A DNA stretch of 64,000 nt from Eledone cirrhosa (GCA_964016885.1 OZ024742.1:357430001-357494000), one strand, 5' to 3'; counted from the first letter of the stretch, positions 11,135 to 24,323 are shown. The notes: generated by a model not told the origin, from the sequence alone. A program made the numbers and translations.

Positions 11135-11935
11135 TGAAGATAGATTTCTTTATTTGCCACAAGGGTGCACAAGTAATGGGACAATACAAACACATATGGT
11201 GGGGATTTTACATACAATCGTGTAAAAATAGTAAAATTATAACATTTAAAAAATTTTAACAATCGAAATCCCCAATAGGGGGAGGCATTAAAATGGGTTC
11301 TTTTATACCCTGTAGATAGAACAACCCTCAACTCCAGGAGAATGTTTTGCAAGTGTTCCTTTCTTCCTCAACCTATAGGTTTATATACAAAGAAGGCCCA
11401 ATCACTTGGGCCATTCGCGCCATATTCACCCACCTTTCAGTAAATTTACTGGGGTGCAGTACCTCTCTCTCCACTCTGATTCTCCTTCTGAAGTGGTATC
11501 TAAAGAAGGGAATGAGCTGTTGTCTGGAGAGAAAGGCATCTATCGTCAGTCCTCTCAACCTTGTCTACCATATAACCTCTTTCACCATAGCCACCATACA
11601 GAGGAAAACTGCCTCTATTTCGTTTTTAAATGAAGTTGGCGGTTTGATCCTTACTATGGACTCGGCAGTCAACTGAATTTGTCCCACACGCGACAGCAGT
11701 TGTTCTGCGTAGTTCCACAGGTCGGTTACACCCGGGCAGGGTACAATTGCATGCAGGACGGTTTCAATGTCCTGCTCACATCTTGGACACATCCTCTTTG
11801 AAGGATCTCTGCTGGGGCGTCCGTGCCTGTAGATCTTTTCTCATACTGGTAGAGCTCCTTGGCAGCACTGCTAGGCCAGGGACTTTTGGAAGTTGTCCAT
11901 AGGTCCTGGGTGGAAAGTCCTACTGAACAGACCGG
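11135..11935 (-). mobile_element. L1/Tx1-like LINE 3' fragment (zf-RVT zinc knuckle)
   Basis: ORF 11565..11792 CPRCEQDIETVLHAIVPC...LW fits CxxC-x8-H-x4-C; continues in 11373..11558; AATAAA near 11150 on the minus strand. Confidence 0.8.
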
Positions 11936-12220
11936 TCAGCTCGTCTTCTACTGAATTGAAGATAGCAAGTTTGGCAGAGCTGTTCTGCTAGAGAATGGGC
12001 CACAGGTGGTGGACAGCAATATACCCACCAGATATAACCACAGTAACAATAATATTGCCAATTGTTTGTCTCTATCAGTGCTAGAACAACAGGATGGCGA
12101 TGGTCATCTAAACAACCTAGTCTAATGAAGTTGATTGTGTGTGTGTGACATCTCACACCTATGCAGGTTTAGCTGGCCTCCTCCAAGGTATTTCCCATTG
12201 GAGGTGTCTTGGGTAATTTT

Positions 12221-12389
12221 AATGATAGGGACCCCAGTCCTATCATCTCATTTCTACAGCTGTAAACTGGAGCAACGTGAGATAAAGTGCCTTGTTCAAG
12301 GAAACAACACATCACCCGGTCCGAGAATTGAACTGACAATCTTTCGATTGCAAGCCCAATGCTTTAACCACTAAGCCATGCGCCTTCAC
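12221..12389 (-). mobile_element. tRNA-derived SINE (head and core)
   Basis: Minus-strand A box TGGCTTAGTGG and B-box-like AGTTCAATTCT; same family as 42107-42446. Confidence 0.85.
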
Positions 12390-13386
12390 AATGAGGCTGT
12401 TTGCTGGCAAATGAATCAAATATTATTATTATTTTATATAAAACTCACAAATGAAATTAAAATTGAAGAGAAAAGCAAAGATTAAACAGAATCAAAAGTC
12501 AATATAAAATTGTCTAGCAGATAAAGACTGGTTGTCTAAGTTTCCCAGCAGAATTGTCAGAGTTCTTCTGTCTGACAAGCAGCAGCAACACATACTATGA
12601 GTTTTATGTATGTAACTGAGTGTTGGAATAAGTGAGTGGAGTTAGAATAACCGGGGAGTTGGAAAATTGGTAATTTTTCTAGGTTGTCTTTACTGATTTC
12701 TTTAAAAACCAGAATTAGTTGTTTAGTTTACATATTGAGAACCCAACCCATCCTATTTATTTTATAATGTGTGGGATCTCTTGTAATGTTCTCTTTTTGT
12801 TATGTATTGTGTTTTTTAATGCCTAAAAAAAATTAAAATAAAATTTCGCCTGAGATAGATTAAGAAAATGTAATGGGGGGGGGGGGGGGTAAGAGCAGGG
12901 AAATATGAAAAATTAATAAATGGTGTGGGGTGGGGGTGATCGCTTGTTTGAGACCCAAGAAGAGATAATAACTACAACTAAATATGTTTAAGAAGAATGA
13001 AGTATAAACACTTCTTCTTCTTCACCCACTTATTCCTAAGCAGGTCCTGTTAAAAGTATCCCTCCCCAACTGATCTGGCTGGATCCGCAAGCTCATGTTT
13101 GTTATCCAACCATCTTGCTCGGGGTCTACTGTAAAATCTGGCCAGTGATTCTTTCCTGAGACATTCTATCCACATTCCTATAGTATTGGAGCTGTGATCT
13201 CTCAATTTGGAAAAGTAGCAGCTCTACCTGGAGTGACTCTCTCATCTCCAAGCTATGTACATGACATGCAATAGTTATACACACTAAATAAATATAAATG
13301 CTTTATCCAAGAACATGTGTTTAATATAAATGTTAGCAAATAAGTAAAATCTTGGAATAAGATATTGTTCAGTAATATGATGTTGT

Positions 13387-13680
13387 CATCATCATCATTA
13401 TCACCGTTTACTGTCCGTTCTTCCATGCTAGCATGGGTTAGATGGGTTGTCCTGTTGTGGGCAGTGTCCAGTCAGCTGACCTTGCCTTGCTAATACAGGA
13501 ACTGATTCTGGCTTGATTTCTACAGCTGGATGCCCTTCCTAACACCAACCTCATTTACAGTGAGTGCTGGGTGCTTTTTTCCGTGGCACCTACACAACCA
13601 CTTTACAATAGGAGGGGGTCGGGGCATATCGTCTATATGCTTCAGCTTTGACTTGTACCTGTGGGAAGTTGGGTCTTCTC
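13387..13680 (-). mobile_element. RTE 3' end fragment
   Basis: (CAT)n followed by the reverse complement of the RTE 3' UTR. Confidence 0.88.
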
Positions 13681-14482
13681 TATTTATTTTAAAGGGTCTG
13701 CTGTTGACAAGTGGACTGTTAAACCATAGGCTCTCTGTTCAAAACATAACAATAGAGTCCAACCATACAATAGAGTCCAACTGCAGAAAGTCGATTGTTT
13801 TGTACAAACCAGAGTAGTTATAGTAAAGACAGAGCATGCAAACGATGTGGGCATGTGGTTCATCCCACTTGAGACACATGAATGTAGAATAGTCCATTGT
13901 TACTTGATAGGGGAGGGAGGTGAACATGTGCACTATCAGACACGTACAGCAGTCGTGATCAGTCTTCCTTACAGTATTGTTGTTATGACCATGGGGATCC
14001 TAATCAAGACCTAATCCAACCATGAACAGTTTTTCTTTTAATGTTTAGTTTATCCAGGTCTACATCCTACAATGACTCTCTTGTTTTTAAGATGATAGAG
14101 CATAATATGTGGAAGATTTAGCAACTAATTCTAGCAGGTCAATGAACCTCATGGTTGTTCCATTATTTCCTCATTAAATGTAATTTCTAGAAGACATTTA
14201 AGGACATGAGATTAGCGCTGTATTTATTGGATTTAATGGTTAATAATTAATCTTCCGGATTTAATACTAGCATATTGCAGGAAATATCGACAGATAATCA
14301 GCTACTTAATCCCAACATACATCATGTATATGCCACCTTCCACCCTTCCATACACCTCCACCTCATACTCCCCCCCGTCCATGTTCCTCTCCTTTTGCAC
14401 CTCCCATGTCCTTACACTCCACCTGCACCTAAACATTCTGCTCCCTCACATACACCCTTTGATCTATCTCCCCAATCCCAAG

Positions 14483-15080
14483 TCCCCAGCCCACACTGTA
14501 AAGTTATTATGTAGGTGTCACAACAAAAAGTACCCAGTTCACACTGTAAAATGGTCATGTAGGTGTCACAACAAAATCACCTAGTCCACACTCTAAAATG
14601 GTCATGTAGGTGTCACAACAAAATCACCCAGTCCACACTGTAAAGTAGTCATGTAGGTGTCACAAAAAAAAGCACCCAGTCCACACTGTAAAGTTGTCAT
14701 GTAGGTGTCATAATAAAAAGCACCCCATCACACACTGTAAAATTGTCATCTAGGTGTCACAACAAAATCACCCAGTCTACACTGTAAAGTAGTCATGTAG
14801 GTGTCACAACAAAATCACCCAGTCCTCACTGTAAAGTGGTCATGTTGGTATCATGACAAAAATCACTTAGTTCACACTGTAATGTGGTCGTGTAGGTGAC
14901 ATGATAAAAAGCACCCATCACACACTGTCAATGTGGTTGGTGCTAGAAAGGGCATCCAGTGGTAGAAACGAAGCCAGAAACAGTTTTGTAAGAGCAAGAC
15001 ATGGTTCGTCTCACAGTGAATTAACTCATCTAACCCATAATAGTGTGGAAAAATTGGATGTTAAACGTTGATGATGATGA
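14483..15080 (+). mobile_element. RTE 3' UTR with a ~48-bp module expanded to about 9-10 tandem copies
   Basis: cccagtccacactgtaaagtggtcatgtaggtgtcacaacaaaatca repeated ~14483-14940, then gaaagggcatcc and a GAT tail. Confidence 0.85.
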
Positions 15081-16364
15081 ATGCATTCAGTCTAGAAATA
15101 TATGAAATACCAGCAACATATTTGAATTTGAAATATTTTCAATGTTATTCTGTTAAAGGGATAACCAGGTATTTATTCCCAACAATCAGATGAACTACTT
15201 GTACTTACTTGTACTTGTGGTGGCGTTCACCCTGTGTTGGTTGAGCTGACTCTCTTGATGGAATTAATGGTGTCCCACACACAATGATCAGAGGCAATTG
15301 AATTGTTGAGGGCCAACTAATCACGATTCCAACAGCAGGTACTGAACACTCTTGGGTCCAGGTTGATTTCAACATCGCTTTTCACAATGTTCAGCTAAGT
15401 TTTCAACTGTCCACTGCGTAGTTTGTGCTATTCTTGAAGTGGTTGTGGATCAACTGCTTCATGGAAGAATTCCACGAAGAACATTCCTGATTGGTTTGAT
15501 GTTACAAAGCAAGTAGACCTCTGCATTCAATAGGAAGAGGTGCCAGCAGACAAAAAGAATGTGGTAAAGACAAAAGTAATCAAATATTTCAAGCTTGTGC
15601 AGATCAGTTACTGTCATGGCTTATGACTCACAGCCATAGAGGAAGATTTTGAGGACAAGGGCTTGGTAAATTAGGGTTTTTATCCTAAATCTGATCTCTT
15701 ACCTAGATCACAACTGAGATATCAGCCAACAGAAGGTAAGGTAGGTGCTGACAATGTGGGTATCAATATCCTCTTTTTCCTGGCCCATGGTGGATGAATT
15801 GATGTAATATAGAAAATAATGCACTCTCTCTAGGAATATACAAAATACCAGCAACCTATTTGAACTCCAAACATTTCAGATGTTAGTCTAAATATTTAAC
15901 CATTTAGCTATCTTTCTCTGTACATAAAATATTGCCTCACCCATCCTTAACTTCTGACATTTCCGACCTAAGTTGGGGGCCCATTATAAACAATGCTAAG
16001 TTTGAACTTCCTTAGAAGAAGAATCAAATAATTAAAGATTACATAGCTGTAGCTATAACAGTGTTATTCATAAACATGTACGATGAAATCAGAATTTTTC
16101 TTTTCAAATTAGATCTTTTACTGACTGACAAAGATTTATATTAATTCTTGAGTGAAGAGTTTTCAGTAGAGAATACTTCTTAATTATATATTCAGAATCC
16201 AACTGTGTTATTTAAAGATATTTTTCAACATTCAATGTGTTGCTTGACTCATATATAATACACTTTTCTATTGTAGCTATCAATATATTTAATGAGAACA
16301 AACAGTGGCACTCTCTCTGATTCCTCTGTTTTTGTCTCTCTCTACGTCTTTCTCTCTCCCCACC

Positions 16365-16405
<41 letters not shown>

Positions 16406-16802
16406 CACACACAAATTTTTCAAACTCCTTATTTCTATCTCTCCTATCTTTCTCTGACTCTCTTTCTCACATTCACTCTTTCTGTCTTTCTCCCTCTCAC
16501 ACACACACACACATATAGGTATATATACCTATCAAGTTTTCCTTACTTCCTCCCTATTTCTGTCCCTTACCTATCTCCTTATATATCTATCTATCAATCT
16601 ACTTATCTACCTACCACTGTATGCCTCCCTCCTAAGAAATGTATCTAAAACCATGTATCATACTCTTGCTAGCAAACATATTCCAAGATAAACCATTTAG
16701 TTAGATTTTTTAAATGTGCAGTTATCAAAGTCTATGTAGAACCTATTACAATCTGTTCTGATTTACTTTGATTTAGGATTATTGGCTATAACACATGTTT
16801 AA

Positions 16803-17023
16803 CCATTTAGCATTCAAACCGGCTGTATCCGGCCAGATATCTCTCACTTCTTTCTGTTCAAACCAGCTGTAACTGTCTGCTCACACCTACATGAAGGTAT
16901 TGTTCTCAAAATAAATAACATCAAAATCTCATAGATTCAATTTTACGTGAGATAATTATGTAAGATAAAGCCTTTACTGTTGAAATATAATAGTAGATAT
17001 AAAATAATGTAAATTCTAAAGGG
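16803..17023. mobile_element. piggyBac-type MITE, 221 bp
   Basis: TTAA|CCATTTAGCATT ... AATTCTAAAGGG|TTAA; homologous to 9899-10119. Confidence 0.78.
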
Positions 17024-17076
17024 TTAAATATCACTCAAGTCTTTCATATTTTAGCTGATATGCCTGCACTGACGGT

Positions 17077-17357
17077 ATCATCATCAACATCATCATCACA
17101 GTTTAATGTCCATTCCCCACACTAGCATGGGTTAGTTGAGCTGTCCTGTTGTGAGACAAGCCAGGTCAGATGACCATGGTTTACTCATAGAGAACTGATT
17201 TTGGCTTAGTTTCTATGGATGGATCTCCTTCCTAATACCAACCACATTCAGTGTGTACTGGGTGCTTTTTGTCCTAACGTCTACATGGCAACTTTAAAGT
17301 GTGGGTTGGCTGTTTTTTGTCATGACACCTACACGGCCACATTTAACAGTGTGAGCT
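17077..17357 (-). mobile_element. Diverged RTE 3' end fragment
   Basis: (CAT)n, ctagcatgggttag, cttcctaataccaacc. Confidence 0.75.
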
Positions 17358-17454
17358 GAAAGTTAAAATATGACTGACTTGAGCAAATTTCAAAGTGGGA
17401 TAAAATCATGATAGCCTGTATATTGTTCATTTATGTAGCTATATATTGTGTACA

Positions 17455-17932
17455 TAGGTGTTGGTATGGCTGTGTGGTGAGGAAGAACACATTGCAGCCA
17501 CACTGTCAAAGGTTTGGTCTAAATACAGGGCACCTTGTGCAAGTGTCTTCTACTTTAACTACACACTCAAATAAACACTTATGGCAGTGCTCCAGCTTGG
17601 CCACAATCCAAGGAGTGAAACCAGTAAAAGTGCCTCAGCTTGGCCATAATCCAATGAGTGAAACCAGTAAAAGTGCCCCAGCCTGGTCACAATCCAAGGA
17701 GTGAAACCAGTAAAAGTGCCCCAGCCTGGTCACAATCCAAGGAGTGAAACCAGTAAAAGTGCCCCAGCCTGGTCACAATCCAAGGAGTGAAACCAGTAAA
17801 AGTGCCCCAGCTTGGTCACAATCCAAGGAGTGAAACGAGTAAAGGTTCCCCAGCTTGGCCACAATCCAAGGAGTGAAACCAGTAAAGGTGCCCCAGCTTG
17901 GCCACAATCCAAGGTGTGAAACCAGTAAAAGA
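17455..17932 (+). mobile_element. SINE whose 43-bp 3' terminus is tandemly amplified about 8 times
   Basis: Head tggctgtgtggt...ggcaccttgtgcaagtgtcttctac; unit ccagcctggtcacaatccaaggagtgaaaccagtaaaagtgcc with period 43 from ~17585 to 17930. Confidence 0.75.
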
Positions 17933-18369
17933 ACAATATAATAAGAAAGAAAATAAAGAACTAACCAACATATTAGGTTTTAGCACTTTATGTTTTGCGT
18001 GGCGTGGGCAAGTTTTCATAAATTTCTGATTCTTATCAAAGGTTGTATATGTATTCTGAGTACACAATGTCTGTTGGGATATCTGCTTATTTAACACTGA
18101 AATGTGGCAGCTGCTTTCCATTATCTTCTTTCTCTCAGTGGATCCTAAACTCTAACAATATATCTCCAATTTTGGAAAATAATTATTTTCTTAAAAGCAT
18201 GTAACAAGTAGTATTACTCTATAAATAGGGACAACACATGTAGTAAGACTATGTTTTGTATTTTGTACAGTGAGATTGCTGCTGAAATATTGTAATGAGA
18301 AAGAATACTCTAAATCTCAAAATGTTGCACAAAATGTACGTATCTAGCCATAAACAGATGACTACAGAA

Positions 18370-18630
18370 AGGGACGGATTTAATGGGGAGCCATCGCTAG
18401 TGGGAGCTCCTGCTTTGTGGGGCCCCACTATTAATGGCTATATTTGTGCCCTCAGCTGGGCTTTTCAGTTTTAGGATAGTTAGAGTTTTTGAATTTAATA
18501 CCTGTATGTATAACTTTTCAATTTCAATTTCTTGCGTGGGGGGGGGGCTGTGTATTCTAATTTTTTTGTGTTTGAGGAGACCACCAAACCTGAATTGCCC
18601 CAGGCTGCACAAATCTATATCTGACTGTGA
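18370..18630. mobile_element. Possible decayed hAT-type MITE
   Basis: agggacggattta ... tatatctgactgtg resemble decayed TIRs; ggggcccc internal motif; TSD only partial. Confidence 0.3.
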
Positions 18631-19367
18631 CTATGGGCTATTCTGAAAGTTTAGTGTAACTACTAGATGAAGTGTTCTGCTAGATATATGAATAACAACT
18701 TCTAGTGACTTAGTGTTGGACCTGTTTAAGGTTGCTGATTCTAAAAATAATATTAGCTTTTCTCCATCAGCTGTGCTTATCAATATATCATCATTATCAC
18801 ATCTGTTTTATATCTGTTTTACCATGTTTGCATGGCTTGGATAGGAAAAGATGACTTTGCTTGCTTGAGAAATGACAGTTTAGAAGGATTGCTGATGTAT
18901 ATTGGGAGAAGACCACTGTTAAAGGAGTACTCAGTACTTTAGTTGAGCATCAGCATCTTTCTTTGTTATATTGGGTCGTCAAGTATGAAGATTGTAGACA
19001 TTTGCAGACAAAATAACAGATTTCTACAAATTTCATACTTGATGACCAATAGAAATAACTTATACAGGACTAGAACTGTTTGATTCATAAAAAAACATTG
19101 GGAAAGTCCTGATGATTTCTTACGAATGAACCAGCTCTACTCATGTAGAAGTTATTTTTATAATAAAATAAAGATATCATCATCATCACCATCATCGTTT
19201 TATGTTTATTTTTCCACACCAACATGGGTTAGCATATATATATATAGTAAAAAGGTAAAGGTGAAAATGCACAGAAATATATTTAAAGATTATTTTTTTA
19301 CTTTAATCTGACAGAATGAAAGATTTTATAATTGTTACATTAAATATAACTGGTTTCAATTGATGTA

Positions 19368-19727
19368 ACACTTTATTTCACGTTGCTCCAGTATACTCAG
19401 CTGGTAAAAATGAGTTGCACCTGTAATTTGAAGGACCAGGTTTCACACATTCTGTGTCTTGCTGAATCTCCCTGAGAGCTATGTTAAGGGTACATGTGTA
19501 AGTGGCTGAGCTCAGCTACTTGCATGTTAATTTCTTGAGCAGCCAATTCCAATTTGAAGGACCAGGTTTCACACATTCTGTGTCTTGCTGAATCTCCCTG
19601 AGAGCTATGTTAAGGGTACATGTGTAAGTGGCTGAGCTCAGCTACTTGCATGTTAATTTCTTGAGCAGCCAATTCCCTTAATTGTATCAACTGGAACATT
19701 CATTTGTGTAATCAACAGAGTGCCAGG
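19368..19727 (+). mobile_element. Headless SINE body with a 125-bp tandem duplication
   Basis: acactttatttcacgttgctcc core shared with the SINE at 23461; 19426-19550 duplicated at 19551-19676. Confidence 0.7.
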
Positions 19728-19766
19728 TTTTATATACAGGATGTTTCAAAAAATTAGATATCATTT

Positions 19767-20886
19767 GAGCTGGTTTAATGTTGAGCAACATAAGATATCA
19801 TTGGAGATGTAAATATCCCAGAAACTATGAAGTCTAGATCAACAAGACTGAGCTGGTTTAATGTTGAGCAACAAAAGATATCATTTGAGATGTAATATCC
19901 CAGAAACTACCAAGTCTAGATCAACAAGACCGAGCTGGTTTAATGTTGAGCAACATAAGATATCATTTGAGATGTAATATCCCAGAAACTATGAAGTCTA
20001 GATCAACAAGACCGAGCTGGTTTTATGTTGAGCAACATAAGATATCATTTGAGATGTAAAATCCCAGAAACTACCAAGTCTAGATCAACAAGACCGAGCT
20101 GGTTTAATGTTGAGCAACATAAGATATCATTTGAGATGTAAAATCCCAGAAACTACCAAGTCTAGATCAACAAGACCGAGCTGGTTTAATGTTGAGCAAC
20201 ATAAGATATCATTTGAGATGTAAATATCCCAGAAACTATGAAGTCTAGATCAACAAGACCGAGCTGGTTTTAAGTTGAGCAACATAAGATATCATTTGAG
20301 ATGTAATATCCCAGAAACTATGAAGTCTAGATCAACAAGACCGAGCTGGTTTAATGTTGAACAACATAAGATATCATTTGAGATGTAATATCCCAGAAAC
20401 TATGAAGTCTAGATCAACAAGACCGAGCTGGTTTTATGTTGAGCAACATAAGATATCATTTGAGGTGTAATATCCCAGAAACTACCAAGTCTAGATCAAC
20501 AAGGCTGAGCTGGTTTAATGTTGAGCAACATAAGGTATCATTTGAGGTGTAAATATCCCAGAAACTATGAAGTCAAGGACAACGAGACTGGACTGGTTTA
20601 ATGTTGAGCAACATAAGATATCATTTGAGATGTAATATCCCAGAAACTATGAATTCTAGATCAACAAGACCGAGCTGGTTTAATGTTGAGCAACATAAGA
20701 TATCATTTGAGGTGTAATATCCCAGAAACTATGAAGTCTAGATCAACAAGACTGAGCTGGTTTAATGTTGAGCAACATAAGATATCATTTGAGGTGTAAT
20801 ATCCCAGAAACTATGAAGTCTAGATCAACAAGACCGAGCTGGTTTAATGTTGAGCAACATAAGATATCATTTGAGGTGTAATATCC
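19767..20886. repeat. 82-bp tandem array, at least 13.6 copies, truncated by the gap
   Basis: Unit gagctggtttaatgttgagcaacataagatatcatttgagatgtaatatcccagaaactatgaagtctagatcaacaagacc (starts at 19932, 20014, ...). Confidence 0.97.
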
Positions 20887-21086
20887 NNNNNNNNNNNNNN
20901 NNNNNNNNNNNNNNNNNNNNNNNNNNNNNNNNNNNNNNNNNNNNNNNNNNNNNNNNNNNNNNNNNNNNNNNNNNNNNNNNNNNNNNNNNNNNNNNNNNNN
21001 NNNNNNNNNNNNNNNNNNNNNNNNNNNNNNNNNNNNNNNNNNNNNNNNNNNNNNNNNNNNNNNNNNNNNNNNNNNNNNNNNNNNNN
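20887..21086. other. Assembly gap (200 N)
   Basis: Run of n. Confidence 1.
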
Positions 21087-21634
21087 CATTCTGTTATGTA
21101 CTGCAGAGTAACAAATTAATGACTTTTTTTTCTATAGCATCTGGCCTCATGCTATAATTCAGCATGGCATATCCATGTTGCAACATCAAATCAATGCATA
21201 TGATATAACAAAATAATTTTTTTTTTTCTTCCTCAAAGAATGTCTACATTAGCTCAGCCTATTAATACTTAATGAATGATATTTTGCAGATCTTCTAAAA
21301 AGTATGCAATCCTAAAAGAAATCCTGTTGTGAAACATAATATTCTCCACGTTGCTGTTTTGATTTCAAGGGAACAATAAAATGTTCCTTCTCAATAGCAC
21401 TGTTAGATTTGAAGAACTATATGAGAGAGAACATAATATATACTCTAACACAATACTCTCCTTACCTATTAATTCTCTCAGTCTCTCTTTCTATGTAAAT
21501 AGTCTCTGTTTCTATATAAATAGATACATATATATGTGTGTGTTTGTATTATATATATAAAAACACACATATATACACATATATATATATATATATGTGT
21601 ATATATATATATACATACACACATACAGACACAT

Positions 21635-21672
<38 letters not shown>

Positions 21673-21673
21673 G

Positions 21674-21896
21674 CACTGCAAAGTGGTCGTGGAGGCGCCA
21701 TGGGAAAAAAGCACCCAGCACTCACTGTAAATGAGGTTGGTTTTAGGAAGAGCATCCACCTCTAGAAATCAAGCCAGAATCAGTTCCTGTAGGAATAAGA
21801 CAAGGTCAGCAAACTGGACACTGCTGACAACAGGACAACCCGTCTAACCCATGCTAGCGTGGAAGAACGGACGTAAAACGGTGATGATGATGATGA
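21674..21896 (+). mobile_element. RTE 3' end fragment
   Basis: Same UTR and GAT tail; begins at a TA run. Confidence 0.88.
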
Positions 21897-22209
21897 CACA
21901 CACTCACACACATACACACACACATATATATATGTATGTACTCATATAAAAATGAGAAATCTCTTCACTAGGAGAGTCATTAAAACAGCCAAATACTGTC
22001 AATGAGAGTGATGGGCAAAAATGACGGAGAGAAGAGAGACCAACGTCGTCGTAGAAGATTTAGAATATATCATCTTATTTGAAATGTATGCATTCCAACG
22101 CAAATGACCATATAATTTGTTTTTAAGGAGAAATTTTATAATAATGAAAATGATTGTGTACAGTGTTCAGGTGCACTACAACTCATCAAATGTGCATGTA
22201 TAGTACATA

Positions 22210-22324
22210 GAATAATTGTTTCTACTTTTAGCACAGTGCCAGCAATTATCCCAGAGCGTTACTGGTACTTTATTTTATCAACCCCATAAGGAGGAAAGGC
22301 AAAGTTAACCTCGGTGGGATTTGA
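22210..22324 (-). mobile_element. SINE fragment (family of 32088-32270); another copy at ~25315-25490
   Basis: ctggtactttattttatc...aaggcaaagttaacctcgg motif. Confidence 0.8.
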
Positions 22325-23159
22325 CCTACTCTGCATGTGTATGAAGAGGTAATATCAGGTGTAGTTGTGGTGAATTTCAGGAAGCATAGAAGCTTTGAAA
22401 GATGCATTGTCCCAAAAACTAACAACTAATACAGGTAGTTTGTTCCTTGCTTCAGCAACTCTGAGCATGGAAAAATGTTTCTGAAAGTCTTGGGAGCTCT
22501 ACTGTTTTCTGATTTTGTAAGCATGCCCACATGTGTTAGACATATTAAGCTCTGGCCAGGGAAGCTAGGCATTCAAGGTTTTTAGCAGTATTTGAACTCA
22601 AAGCAAACATTGATTATTCATACTATGTCCTAGCTGCTTCTTAATATGCAGTCTATTCAATTCAATTGAAGTGAATTGATGTAAGTAAACTAAACTAATA
22701 TGAGGTATGTATTGTGATCATGAATGTAGTACATTACTTGGCAGAGAGAAACTATAAAAAGTTTTGTACAATAAGTTGACATATCATTTGAGCCAAACAT
22801 CACTTTACAGAAATATATTAATGTAAGTGTTAACATTCTCAGTAGTAATCCAAGAAAGCTTCATTCATTGAATTTCAATCTATAATGAAGAGAGGCAATT
22901 GTTTAGTTAATTACTGATTCTGTCCAAGAAAGACAGGACTGGTTCTATTGGAAATCAAACTAATCAAAACTTTTAAATATATACGGTGGGTAATGAGTCT
23001 GAATTTTTAGCAGTGCAGTGACATCTATATTTATATTGTGGTTATATTCATAGACTGCAGGGATGTTTTTCAGTGTAGGTAATAAGAAAGAAGCAAGTGC
23101 ACACACATTCACACCCCAAGTACAACTCTGAAATATATATCATATACATATATATATAG

Positions 23160-23358
23160 AAAAAGAGTCAGGACCCCGATGGCTGAGCTCTGGCCGTTTT
23201 GACAGCTAGATCCTGGTTAAGTTCAGATCTAGCTGTCGAAATGGCTGGAGTTCAGCCATTGGGGTCCTGGCTCTTTTCCTATTACCCACTCTACTACCGT
23301 AAGTATTGAGTACTCTGGTGCATTATGGTCCACCTGGTTTCTTATCACACCCTCTTTG

Positions 23359-23362
<4 letters not shown>
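23160..23362 (+). mobile_element. PLE-like terminus with fold-back hairpin containing the 3' half of a hammerhead
   Basis: 52-bp arms 23161-23212 / 23227-23277; homologous to both ends of the 53261-53666 element; TA runs on both sides. Confidence 0.65.
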
Positions 23363-23392
<30 letters not shown>

Positions 23393-23460
23393 TCATCATT
23401 ATCATTTTACGTCCGCTTTTCCCTGCTTGCAAGGGTGGGACGGGAACTTATATATATATC

Positions 23461-23670
23461 ATGAAGGTGTGTGGCTCAGTGGTTAGAGAATTGGATTCAC
23501 AATCGTGAGGTTGTGAGTTCGATTCCTGCACTGGACGATGCGTTATGTCCTTGAACAAGACACTTTATTTCACGTTGCTCCTTCAACCTGGAGTTGCGAC
23601 CAATAGAAACTGGAAAGACTGACGAAAACATTGTTTCCTCGGTCCGATTTGACGAAAGTCAATCAATCCT
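23461..23670 (+). mobile_element. tRNA-derived SINE
   Basis: A box TGGCTCAGTGG, B box GAGTTCGATTCC, core tgtccttgaacaagacactt; second copy at 33136-33353. Confidence 0.88.
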
Positions 23671-23671
23671 T

Positions 23672-23703
<32 letters not shown>

Positions 23704-24224
23704 TGCGTGCATGCATGTATGTGTGTAGCAAAATTCATAGATATGAAAAAGAAAAAGAAAACTGCTCAATTCTGGAGGTATGGTAGCACTTTTGTTCCGT
23801 GTACGAACATCAATAAATAATATTATATATATGTGAGGGTGTGTGTGTATAATAGATGTGTTAAAATACTAAAATATATTTCTACATTCTACTTCGGTAT
23901 TATTTTCTCAATTGAAAGGTTTGTAGGGTTGACAACAGGATTTGTAGCTCCCATAATTCCATGGTGCCTGACATTACACATCATCAATGAAGGAAATTAT
24001 TACTATTGCTTAATCATAGAATAACTAGAGAATCCTTAGGATTGCTTTATAAAGTAATGCCTTAGAAAACATATGAGGGATGCTTGTTGTATAGGAAACA
24101 TTACTATGGGGCAATTAACATGTCTGAGGGATTTAGAAATGATTTATTTCACAGGCATTACAACAGAGCCCGTCAAAATTACTCTGTAAGTTTAGTAATT
24201 TAATGGAAGGATAAATATCTATTA

Positions 24225-24289
24225 TCACCATCATCATCACCATCATCATCTTCATCATGATCATGATCATGATCATCATGATCATCATC

Positions 24290-24323
<34 letters not shown>
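24225..24323. repeat. (CAT/CAC)n microsatellite
   Basis: Directly visible; similar tract at ~27730-27835. Confidence 0.9.

Noticed and set aside
17585-20886. 43-bp and 82-bp arrays as CRISPR-like loci
   Set aside because: Head-to-tail units with no unique spacers, no cas genes, eukaryotic context
23461-23535. tRNA genes (also 33136, 12389, 42446, 32088)
   Set aside because: A and B boxes continue into SINE bodies; no intact cloverleaf
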